Shown here piece after piece: positions 1 to 8,750 of a stretch of 64,000 nucleotides of DNA. The number at the start of each line of letters is the position of its first letter. The stretch's first letter is position 1. Source of the stretch: an uncultured Verrucomicrobiae bacterium (GTDB lineage: Bacteria > Verrucomicrobiota > Verrucomicrobiia > Limisphaerales > JAFGQR01); contig CAWBHS010000006.1 of assembly GCA_963788655.1 (NCBI GenBank), forward strand, positions 32,001-96,000, in the 5' to 3' direction. The position numbers and the translations under genes were made by a program. Under the pieces are notes generated by a model. That model saw only the letters and a program-made list of their open reading frames with translations. It was not told where the DNA came from and did no database searches.

Positions 1-1
1 C

Positions 2-499
2 GTGACGCGAAAAGTTCGGTTCGACGAGGAAGGGATAGCCGACCAACGCGAGCAAGGAACCCACGTTCGACAACGCATACAGCCGGTACGGGGACCGGCC
101 CGGGTGCGTCTGGCTGAACCAGGCCTGCATCAATGGTCCCGTGGCCGACAGCACCCAATACGGCAAGCCGATGCAGACAACCAGCAGCAACAGAATACGT
201 CCCATGGGCCAGGCGCCGTCCGGGGGCTTCCACGAATCGGTGGGCGTGATCGGTAGCAACGCCAACGCGACGACCAGCAGGCCCAAGTGGACCAGCACTT
301 GCCGGCGCGGGGCGAACCGCCGGATGCTCAAATGCGCGTAGGCATACCCACCCAGCAGCAGCACTTGGAAAAACAACATGCACGTCGTCCACACGGCCGG
401 CGTGCCGCCGAACCAAGGCAGGATGAATTTGGCAATTAACGGTTGCACCAGGAAGAGCAGAAATGCTCCGGTGAAAATGGCCAGTCCAAATGCAAGCAT
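2..499 (-). CDS. Fused MFS/spermidine synthase family membrane protein, N-terminal part (runs off the left edge; absent from the ORF track)
   Basis: Manual translation from ATG 499: MLAFGLAIFTGAFLLFLVQPLIAKFILPWFGGTPAVWTTCMLFFQVLLLGGYAYAH...SATGPLMQAWF...PYRLYALSNVGSLLAL, the typical N-terminus of this family. Confidence 0.85.
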   Translation of the reverse strand, partial: MLAFGLAIFTGAFLLFLVQPLIAKFILPWFGGTPAVWTTCMLFFQVLLLGGYAYAHLSIRRFAPRRQVLVHLGLLVVALALLPITPTDSWKPPDGAWPMGRILLLLVVCIGLPYWVLSATGPLMQAWFSQTHPGRSPYRLYALSNVGSLLALVGYPFLVEPNFSRH

Positions 500-621
500 A
501 GTGGTTTATTTAGGCCGGGACGCTAGGTCCGCCCCGGCAAATTGGCAAGCCCGCGAAATGGACGCAGATCGGAGCGCTCAAGCGTGGTTTCCACCTCCTG
601 AAAAAAGTTGGAACTTCCTTG

Positions 622-648
622 TAACTTTCCCGCTAATCCCGGCTCAAA
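622..648 (+). promoter_or_regulatory. Possible ECF-sigma promoter upstream of the cytochrome gene
   Basis: TAACTT-N16-TCAAA, with a second GGAACTT at 610-616, in an AT-rich divergent intergenic region. Confidence 0.25.
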
Positions 649-740
649 TCTCATTAACTTAAAGTTTAGCCCTGCTGAAACTGAGAAAGGTCTGGCAAAT
701 GCCTTAAATCAGTTCCGTTAACCGTGAAACCTTAAATTGT

Positions 741-3155
741 ATGAAGCGAACTCTTTCCTTGACGCAATTCACCCGCCTGGTTGTTACCCTGGGTTTGGCT
801 CTCCCCTTCGGCGCTATGGCCGCCAGTTATAGCCTAATGGGCTGGAACGACTTGGGCATGCACTGCATGGATAGTGATTACTCAGTGTTTTCGATCCTGC
901 CGCCGTATAACACTATCCACGGGCAGTTCCTGGTCCAGGGGCATCCGGTGACGCCGGCTTCAGGCTACACGATCACTTACGAGGCGGTCGCCGATCCGAG
1001 CGGGTCGTCCAACTCCACTTCGGAAGGCAAAACTCAGTTCTGGCAATACATCGAGCCACTCTATGGTGTCGCCTTGCCGGTGAACATGGGCCTGGCCGGT
1101 TATGCCATGCCCGGCAGCAGCAATGCGCCTCAGACAATGCATTTCGAAACCAATCTGAATTGGTTCACCGCCGAAGGCATTCCTTTGACGCCCTTCGACG
1201 ATGCCGGTCAAAAGAACTACTACCCGTTGATGCGGCTGATCGCCTGGGACGCTGGTAACAATCCGGTAGCCACCAATGACATCGTGCTGCCCATCTCGGA
1301 CGAAATGGATTGTCGGGCCTGTCATGCCTCTGGAACTGCTTCGCCGGCCGAACCGGCAGCGGGCTGGGTTTGGGCGGGCAATCCGGAACGCGACTACCGG
1401 CTGAACATTCTCCGATTGCACGATGAAATGCAGGCCTCCGCCAGTTACTCGAGCGTCCTGGCCAGCAATGATTACAATCCGGCCGGGTTGTATCGCAGCG
1501 TGACGGTGGACGGCAAACCCGTGCTGTGTGCCAAATGCCATCGGTCCAATGCCCTTCCCGGCACCGGATTTGGAACCATCCCTCCCTTGACGCAGGCCAT
1601 TCATTCGCGGCACGCCACCGTCACCGATCCGGAAACCGGGTTGGAATTGAATAACATTGCCAATCGCGCCTCCTGCTATCGGTGCCATCCCGGCTCGGAA
1701 ACCCGCTGTTTGCGGGGGGTGATGGGCGATTACGTGGCGGCGAATGGTTCGCGTGCGATCCAGTGCCAAAGTTGCCATGGTTCGATGAGCGCGGTGGGGG
1801 CGGCCACTCGGGAAGGCTGGTTCAACGAGCCCAATTGCCAGGCCTGCCATACCGGCACCGCCACCAGCAACAACGGCCAGATTCGTTACGACAACGCGCT
1901 GCTCCCCTCCGGGCAGTTGCGCCAGCCGGTCAACGCGACCTTTGCCACCCAACCGAATGTGCCCGTGGCCGGACTTACGCTGTATCGCTTCTCGACCGGC
2001 CATGGCGGGCTGCAATGCGAAGCGTGCCACGGTTCCACCCATGCCGAGTATCCCTCGCACGCGAATGACAACATCCGGATCGTGGAAAGCCAGGGGCATG
2101 CGGGCGTGCTGTCCGAATGCACGGCCTGCCACACCACCATGCCCGTGACCGTGAACGGCGGGCCGCACGGAATGCATCCGGTCGGGCAAACGTGGGTTAG
2201 CCGTCATGGCAACGTCGCCGAGGACGGCAATTCCGGCCAATGCCAGGTCTGCCATGGGACCGATTACCGCGGCACGGTGCTTTCGAAGATGCAAGCCGAC
2301 CGCACTTTAAGCGCTTTCGGCACCAAACATTTCTGGCGCGGTTTTCAAGTCGGCTGTTACGCCTGCCACAACGGACCGGGCAGCGAATCCGCCACTCCCA
2401 ACACCCCCGCCCTGGTCAACAATGTGTCGGCCAGTACCACGAGCGAAAATCCCGTGGCCATCACGCTCCCGGCGAGCGACGTTAATGGCAATCCATTGAC
2501 CCTCCGAATCGTGTCGCAACCGCAGCACGGCGCGCTGGCGTTGAACGACACCACGGCGACCTACGTTTCCGATCCAGGCTTTGTGGGAACGGACACGTTT
2601 ACGTTTGCCGCGTGGGATGGCTCCACGGATTCCAACCTGGGCACCGGCACGGTGACCGTGGCGCAAGGCGCCTTCTCGATTTCGGCGAAGACACTGGTGC
2701 CTCCGGAGTTCCCCGCGGATTGGCCGGTGCCGTTTGTTGCTTATGCAACCGCCAGCAACGTCAACGCCACCGTGACCTACGATTGGGACTTCGGCGATGG
2801 CACCACGCATGGCACCGACCAATTCAGTCAGCACACGTACTCCTCACCGGTAACTTACTCCTGGACGCTGATTGCCACCGTGCAGGCCGGCGCCACCCAG
2901 GCAAGCACCACCGAAACCGGCACAGTCCAAATTTCTCAGCCGATGACACTGGCCGCCTTGCATTCTGGCAACCAGGTGTTGGTGTCCTGGCCCCGCAGCA
3001 GCGTGGACGCAATCTTGGAAGCTAATTCAGCCTTGGCACCCACCAGCCCGTGGTATTGGCTGACCAACACTCCAACCGCAAACCCGGACCACCTGACGCT
3101 GACCATTGATAATCCGAGCGGCGCCAGCTTCTACCGCCTGCGTCGGGCCCAGTAG
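741..3155 (+). CDS. Secreted multiheme c-type cytochrome (9 CXXCH) with cadherin/Ig-like and PKD domains and a C-terminal FYRL-type tail
   Basis: Signal peptide; WNDLGMHC motif; CRACH, CAKCH, CYRCH, CQSCH, CQACH, CEACH, CTACH, CQVCH, CYACH; 'PQHGAL...GTDTFTF' Ig repeat; 'YDWDFGDGT' PKD motif; ends LVSWP...ASFYRLRRAQ. Confidence 0.9.
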   Translation: MKRTLSLTQFTRLVVTLGLALPFGAMAASYSLMGWNDLGMHCMDSDYSVFSILPPYNTIHGQFLVQGHPVTPASGYTITYEAVADPSGSSNSTSEGKTQFWQYIEPLYGVALPVNMGLAGYAMPGSSNAPQTMHFETNLNWFTAEGIPLTPFDDAGQKNYYPLMRLIAWDAGNNPVATNDIVLPISDEMDCRACHASGTASPAEPAAGWVWAGNPERDYRLNILRLHDEMQASASYSSVLASNDYNPAGLYRSVTVDGKPVLCAKCHRSNALPGTGFGTIPPLTQAIHSRHATVTDPETGLELNNIANRASCYRCHPGSETRCLRGVMGDYVAANGSRAIQCQSCHGSMSAVGAATREGWFNEPNCQACHTGTATSNNGQIRYDNALLPSGQLRQPVNATFATQPNVPVAGLTLYRFSTGHGGLQCEACHGSTHAEYPSHANDNIRIVESQGHAGVLSECTACHTTMPVTVNGGPHGMHPVGQTWVSRHGNVAEDGNSGQCQVCHGTDYRGTVLSKMQADRTLSAFGTKHFWRGFQVGCYACHNGPGSESATPNTPALVNNVSASTTSENPVAITLPASDVNGNPLTLRIVSQPQHGALALNDTTATYVSDPGFVGTDTFTFAAWDGSTDSNLGTGTVTVAQGAFSISAKTLVPPEFPADWPVPFVAYATASNVNATVTYDWDFGDGTTHGTDQFSQHTYSSPVTYSWTLIATVQAGATQASTTETGTVQISQPMTLAALHSGNQVLVSWPRSSVDAILEANSALAPTSPWYWLTNTPTANPDHLTLTIDNPSGASFYRLRRAQ

Positions 3156-3157
3156 CA

Positions 3158-3498
3158 CAATGACCAATAGCCAATGACCAAGGCCCATTGAAGGCCCAAG
3201 TCCTAAGCCAGAACGATTCAGTAGGACAGGCGAGACGCCTGTCCCGAATGGAACGAAGACATCGACTTGCATCGCCGGGCTGGGACTCTCCCAGGTCACC
3301 CATAAGTGAGAACGCCCTTCGCTATCCGAGACAGGCGAGACGCCTGTCCTACCGCGCCGAATCGCATCATCGCTGCTCCAGCTACTGAATGGATACGGCT
3401 TAGCTCCGACGGGGGAGCCAACAACCATTCGCCGGATTAATTGGGTATTGGGCCTTGGTCATTCCCTGGACATTGGTCAGTGGTCAATGGTCATTGGA
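3158..3498. repeat. Heptamer-type (CCAATGA/TCATTGG) inverted arms enclosing a GTAG REPIN
   Basis: caatgaccaatagccaatgaccaaggccca on the left pairs with tgggccttggtcatt...ggtcaatggtcattgg on the right. Confidence 0.65.
3221..3352. repeat. REPIN, GTAG family A (GTAGGACAGGCGAGACGCCTGTCC ... GACAGGCGAGACGCCTGTCCTAC)
   Basis: Two inverted GTAG-tailed hairpins; related copies at 15380, 19985, 26306, 33868, 59270. Confidence 0.85.
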
Positions 3499-3679
3499 CC
3501 TCGCCCTTCGTGTCATGCCTTTGCCCAAAACGCCTGAAGGCGGAACTCCGAGCAATACGCTCCGGTTCGGAGGGACGCCTCTGGTTTCCCTCAAATTTTG
3601 TTTGAATATTCGGGGCTGCTTTGAATCATACCATTCATGAATCAACAAAGATTTTTCGCGGTCGGCGAAATGTTGTGAG

Positions 3680-4441
3680 ATGGATGTCGGGCGCTTTCGG
3701 TTTGGCATGGGTGCCCTGTTGACTTTGTTCCCAGTAGCAGCCGAGGCGAGCGCCGCGCCGAAAACGCTCACCGGGGACCACATTCCCACCAGCGACGGCG
3801 ATTTGATTGTCCACCCCATCAACCATGCCACGCTGGCATTGGGCTGGAAGGGATTGACCATCTACGTGGATCCCGTAGGGGGCAGTCAGCGGTTTGCGGA
3901 ATTGCCGGCACCAGACCTCGTCTTATTGACCGATTTGCACGGCGATCATTTGAACATTGACACGCTGAAAGCGGTGACCGGCGAAAACACGGCGATCATT
4001 GCGCCTTCCGCCACCGTCAAGCGCCTGCCGGAAACGCTGCGTCTTTGGGCCAAGCCGTTGGACAACGGAGAAACCAAAGACCTGTTGGGGCTCAAGATCG
4101 AAGTGATTGCCGCCTACAACCTCACCGAGGAGCGCACCAAGTATCACTCGAAAGGCCGGGGCAACGGGTACGTGATCAACTTTGGCAACACGCGCGTTTA
4201 TCTCAGTGGCGACACCGAAGACACGCCGGAAATGCGCGCACTCAAAAACATTGACGTGGCTTTTTTGTGCATGAACCTGCCGTACACCATGTCGGTCGAA
4301 CAGGCGGCCGACGCCGTCCACGCCTTCAAACCGAAAATCGTCTATCCGTACCATTACCGCGGCAGTGACCTCGAGCAGTTCAAGAAACTGGTCGGTGACG
4401 ATTCCGGCATCGAGGTCCGGATTCGGGATTGGTATCAATAG
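3680..4441 (+). CDS. MBL-fold metallo-hydrolase (secreted)
   Basis: Signal-like N-terminus; INHATL, IYVDP, LTDLHGDH, YLSGDTED, CMNLPYTM, YPYHY motifs. Confidence 0.85.
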   Translation: MDVGRFRFGMGALLTLFPVAAEASAAPKTLTGDHIPTSDGDLIVHPINHATLALGWKGLTIYVDPVGGSQRFAELPAPDLVLLTDLHGDHLNIDTLKAVTGENTAIIAPSATVKRLPETLRLWAKPLDNGETKDLLGLKIEVIAAYNLTEERTKYHSKGRGNGYVINFGNTRVYLSGDTEDTPEMRALKNIDVAFLCMNLPYTMSVEQAADAVHAFKPKIVYPYHYRGSDLEQFKKLVGDDSGIEVRIRDWYQ

Positions 4442-4631
4442 CGACGAGTTGGCGGGAACATTACCCCCCCGATTAAAACGCCGACCGGCGGTAGCCGACG
4501 ACGTGAAGAGGCAGAGCGCGGTCAGGGAACATCGGGTCCGGTTCGTTGCGTCGGCGGCGACTTGAGATGGGGATTATCGGGGAGTCAGCGATCCAACCGC
4601 AACGCCCAATCCTGGTTGTCCGGCGCTCAGT

Positions 4632-4941
4632 TCACCACCAAAGCCATACCCGGGCGAAGTTCAGGCCGTTGGTTTTGAGCGCGTCAAACTGCGCGGTGTA
4701 ATTGAAGTCCAAATCGGAGAAGGTGCCCCAAGTATAGTCGCCCAGCAGCAGGAGCGGGCCACCATCCGGCGCTTGAAAATAGAAGGGGTGGTCAGGATGA
4801 ATGCGCAATGCCCGCGACGGATCTCGCGCTGGCGATGGAGCGGACGCTTCTGCCAGTGGCAGGCTTCGCGATGGGAACGGAGGCCAAAATTGTCTCCGCG
4901 CAAACGACCTGAATCAGCAACCAGCGCGCGGCAGATTTCAT
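4632..4941 (-). pseudogene. Frameshifted, truncated N-terminal remnant of a secreted glycoside-hydrolase-like protein
   Basis: ATG 4941 gives a signal-like MKSAARWLLIQVVCAETILAS; the +1 frame gives ALRIHPDHPFYFQAPDGGPLLLLGDYTWGTFSDLDFNYTAQFDALKTNGLNFARVWLWW* (TGA 4632-4634). Confidence 0.55.
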
Positions 4942-5067
4942 GCCTGAAACATGAACTCAATTCCGGCAAAAGTCGAGACTTCTTCCGCACTAATCTTCTC
5001 CTCGGCGGTCGTCGATGGCGCGCCTGACCTCCGTGGAGCGGGGCGGCCGGTGGCAATCTCCCTTTTG

Positions 5068-5141
5068 TCGGAGCGCGGACATTCTTGTCCGCATTCGATT
5101 GATGTCGGGCGGATGAGCGGACAAGAATGTCCGCGCTCCGA
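5068..5141. repeat. REP doublet (GGAGCGCGGACATTCTTGTCCGC family)
   Basis: Perfect 25-bp inverted repeat 5068-5092 / 5117-5141; each arm is itself a hairpin. Confidence 0.85.
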
Positions 5142-5301
5142 TTTGATTCCCGATACAAAAAAGGAATGGGAAGCACCCGCCGGCCTTCTTCCACTTCCCC
5201 GATTGCCATCAGCCAATTCAGTCCCCATTATCTCCCAAGCAACATTAGATCAATAACCCGATGAATAGCCCAATTGCTATGCGAACCGATTCCCAGTTCT
5301 G

Positions 5302-7229
5302 ATGAAAACGTTTCTTGTCTGTCTGCTGCTGTCCATTGGCGGGTTGCCTGCCGCTGAAAGGCTCCAACTCGCGTCCCCCGATGGAAAAGTGAGCGTCACG
5401 TTCGCCATCACCAAATTCGAAGGCCAATCCGGTTGTCCGGTCTATTCCGTGAGTTACGCCGGCAAGACGATTGTTAGCGAATCGCGCCTGGGTCTGGAAC
5501 TCGAGCCGGCTCCCTTGCGCGCCGGATTGGAGATGGTCGGGCATTCGACCCAGCAACACGATGAAACGTGGAAGCCGGTGTATGGCGAACGCAACACGGT
5601 GCGCGACCATTACCGCCAACTCATCGTGGACCTCAAGGAATCCGTCGCGCCGCATCGAACGCTGCAATTGACGTTTCGGGCCTACAACGAAGGCGCGGCC
5701 TTCAACTACACCTTGCCGCAGCAGGCGGGCCAGGAACGCGTCCACATCCGCAAAGAACTGACCGAGTTCCGGTTTCCCGACGACCATGCCGCGTGGGCGG
5801 TTTACAGCGCGCAGGGTAAGTATGCCAAAGTGCAACTCAGCCAGATCAAACGCGGTTGTGAACGGCCTTTAACAATCCAGGTGGACGACCATTGTTTTGC
5901 CGCGTTGGCCGAGGCGCGGCTGGTGGATTATGCGCGGATGAAATTCGCGCCGCTGGCCGGCCAGACCCAATGTCTGGTCAGCGAACTGAGCGGCCCGGTG
6001 GAAGCCGCCTTGCCATTGACCACACCCTGGCGCGTGGTGATGGTGGCGGACAGTCCGGGTCAGTTACTCGAAAACAATGACCTGATTCTGAATCTCAACG
6101 ATCCCTGCGCGATTGCCGACCCTGCGTGGATTAAACCGGGGAAAGTCATTCGCGAAGTTACCCTGACCACGGCGGGCGGCAAGTCGTGTGTGGATTTCGC
6201 CGCACAACACCATCTTCAATATGTCGAGTATGACGCCGGATGGTACGGTCCGGAAAACGCCAACGACTCCGACGCCACCACCGTGACGGTCGATCCTCAT
6301 CGTTCCCGGGGCCCGCTGGATTTGCCGGCGGTCATTCGTTACGCCGCGGACCGGGGCATCGGCATCATTTTGTATGTGAACCATCGCGCGCTGGAACGTC
6401 AGTTGGACGAGATCCTGCCCTTGTATCAGCAGTGGGGTGTGAAGGGGCTCAAATACGGTTTTGTCAACGTCGGTTCGCAGCAATGGACGAGCTGGTTGCA
6501 CGAGGCGATCCGCAAAGCCGCGGAATACCATTTAATGGTGGATGTCCATGACGAATATCGGCCCACCGGCTATTCGCGCACTTATCCCAACTTCATGACC
6601 CAGGAAGGCATTGCCGGCGACGAAACCAGTCCCGCCAATTCATTGACCTGACGATCCTCTTTACCCGCATGCTGGCGGGCGCGGCCGACAATACCATTTG
6701 CTACTACGATGGCCGCGTCGATCGCAACGCCAGCCATGCCTATCAGTTGGCCAAAGCTGTGTGCTTCTACAGTCCCTGGCAGTTCCTTTACTGGTACGAT
6801 CGTCCAGCGGCTTCCCCTCAAAAAGCCGGCGGCGCCGGCGGCGCGCAAACGGGCATCGGTAACGAACCGGAACTGGAATTCTTCGACCGCGTGCCCACCG
6901 TTTGGGACGACACGAAAGTCCTGCACGGCCGGATTGGCGAATATGCCTTGATCGCCCGGCGCAGTGGACCGGAGTGGTTTATTGGCGGCATGAACAGCGG
7001 CCAACCGCGCACGCTGAAGGCGCCGCTTGGTTTTCTTGAACCAGGGAAAAAGTATGTAGCGCATCTCTATACGGATGATCCCTCCGTGCCCACGCGGACC
7101 CACGTAAAAATCGAACGTTATCGGGTGGACGCGAATACAGTGCTAAATCTTGCCATGTCCGCCCAAGGCGGCGAAGCCGCTTGGTTGGTTCCGGCGACGG
7201 AGAGCGACGCATTTCCCGAATACCGGTGA
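5302..7229 (+). pseudogene. Glycoside hydrolase family 97 (alpha-glucosidase/galactosidase) split by a 1-nt deletion near 6648
   Basis: SPDGK, FRAYNEGAAF, TTPWRVVM, WIKPGK, EYDAGWYG, WGVKGLKYGF, RTYPNFMTQEG; TTG ACC TGA CGA reads as LTLTILFTRMLAG if one C is restored, joining ORF 6669-7229 (VPTVWDDTKVL..IGEY..ARR). Confidence 0.85.
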
Positions 7230-7282
7230 ACATGAACCGCGGATGCAGTTTTGTCGTCCCGCTCCGGCATCGCCTCATTTGA

Positions 7283-8521
7283 ATGCGTTCCCACCACCAG
7301 CCCAGCGAGCCCAGAGCTTTCGGTGCCAAGCTCAAATCCTGGATGTGGCAATTGCTGGCCAGGCTCCTGGAAAACAGCGCGTCGGGTGATCGCTTACGTG
7401 GTTGGATATGCCTGGCGGTAGTGGGGATCATTCTGGTGGCGGGGCTGTTGCCGTTACGGTTCACCGCTCAAAACAACGTCAGTTGGCTGGCCAACACCAA
7501 TGGACTCCATTTTCCAGGAGGCGAAGCGCGTTCACCATTTGATCCCGGCGGTGTTGCCCTGACACCGCAACCCTTGTCGCTGTCACCGGGCGCGACGGTA
7601 GCAACCGGCGCGCTCAGCATCGAATTGTGGCTGCGTCCGGCCAAAGAGCCAACCGGTGCCCGCCAACGAGTTCTCGCCGTTTGCGATGCGTCTGGCGACG
7701 AACTCTTTTTCATCGGACAATGGACCACTCAACTGCTGGGATTGATCCGGCGACCCGGCGCTTCCGGCAAGGCTGCGTTTCAGGAAATCGATGTGCCGGA
7801 CTCGCTGAGTGAGGGACAGGCGCGTTTCGCAACCATCACGTCTGGCACCAACGGTACGGCCTTTTACCTCGAAGGAGCCTTGGCCAAACAATACCCGAAT
7901 GTGCCTCTGCTTCCCGCAACCGAATCCCTCTTCGGAAAACGCCTTTACCTGGGCAATTCGCCGGACGGACTGTGGCCCTGGGCCGGTGACATTCTGGGGC
8001 TGGCAGTTTACGGGCGAGCGCTGCCAGCATCGGAAGTGTTGGCGAGCTATGAATGGTGGGCCAGCTCAAACCGAATAGCTCGTCCGACGACGCCCGGGCT
8101 TATGGCGCTCTACAATTTTGAATCGCGCGCCGGTTCGTGGGTGCCGGAGGTCGCAAGTGGGGCGTCCAATTCGCTGTTCATCCCCGACCACTTTGCCTTC
8201 ACCAAACCAGCGCTTGAACCAGTGGATTTCTCGATGCACGACCGCGGTGATTTGCTGTTGAACGTGTTCGGGTTTGTTCCGTTCGGATTCATGTTCGCCC
8301 TCTGGCAATGGCGCGTCCGACGTAGCTCCCGCTGGAACCTGGTGGTGTTCGCCGTCGTGGTGGGCGGATTGCTGAGCTTGGGAATCGAATGGGTTCAAGT
8401 TTACCTGCCCATGCGGGATTCCTCGCTGACCGATTTGCTCTGCAATACCTTGGGCACGCTGTTGGGGGCGTTGATCATTTACTGGCCTGGAATTCGCGAA
8501 CCGAGAGCACCCAAAAACTAA
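7283..8521 (+). CDS. VanZ-family membrane protein with a LamG/concanavalin-like periplasmic domain
   Basis: N-terminal TM; SIELWLRP...FYLEG...WAGDILGLAVYGRAL (LamG-like); C-terminal DLLLNVFGFVPFG...SLGIEWVQVYLPMRDSSLTDLLCNTLG (VanZ); start uncertain. Confidence 0.8.
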   Translation: MRSHHQPSEPRAFGAKLKSWMWQLLARLLENSASGDRLRGWICLAVVGIILVAGLLPLRFTAQNNVSWLANTNGLHFPGGEARSPFDPGGVALTPQPLSLSPGATVATGALSIELWLRPAKEPTGARQRVLAVCDASGDELFFIGQWTTQLLGLIRRPGASGKAAFQEIDVPDSLSEGQARFATITSGTNGTAFYLEGALAKQYPNVPLLPATESLFGKRLYLGNSPDGLWPWAGDILGLAVYGRALPASEVLASYEWWASSNRIARPTTPGLMALYNFESRAGSWVPEVASGASNSLFIPDHFAFTKPALEPVDFSMHDRGDLLLNVFGFVPFGFMFALWQWRVRRSSRWNLVVFAVVVGGLLSLGIEWVQVYLPMRDSSLTDLLCNTLGTLLGALIIYWPGIREPRAPKN

Positions 8522-8750
8522 CCAGCCGAGATAAGAATCAGGTTCCGGAGCAGACTGGTTGCGCCAAATCTGTACACCTGCCAGTTGGACTCCCCAGTTT
8601 GCCGGAGGCCGGCACTGCCGCGGCAGCGTCGTGGACTGCGGCAGTCCTCTGCCGCTTTCGAATACCCCGGTTGCCGATGGCGAACGCGCTCCCCATGTTC
8701 AACTGAATTCTCCCATTGAATCCCGCCATCCGAAGCGGTAAAAGAATGCC

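Noticed and set aside
960..2294. Long antisense ORFs (also 15451-16776, 19922-21232, 39423-40736, 55914-57251)
   Set aside because: Shadow frames of GC-rich genes with no independent motifs.
3188..3640. Short ORFs in the repeat-rich intergenic region (similarly 4938-5256, 13122-13560, 36146-36559, 62588-62826)
   Set aside because: They are translations of REP or heptamer repeats.
3920..3952. MBL motif TDLHGDH lacking the first His as a sign of inactivity
   Set aside because: From recall this variant is common in this subfamily, and the other ligands are retained.
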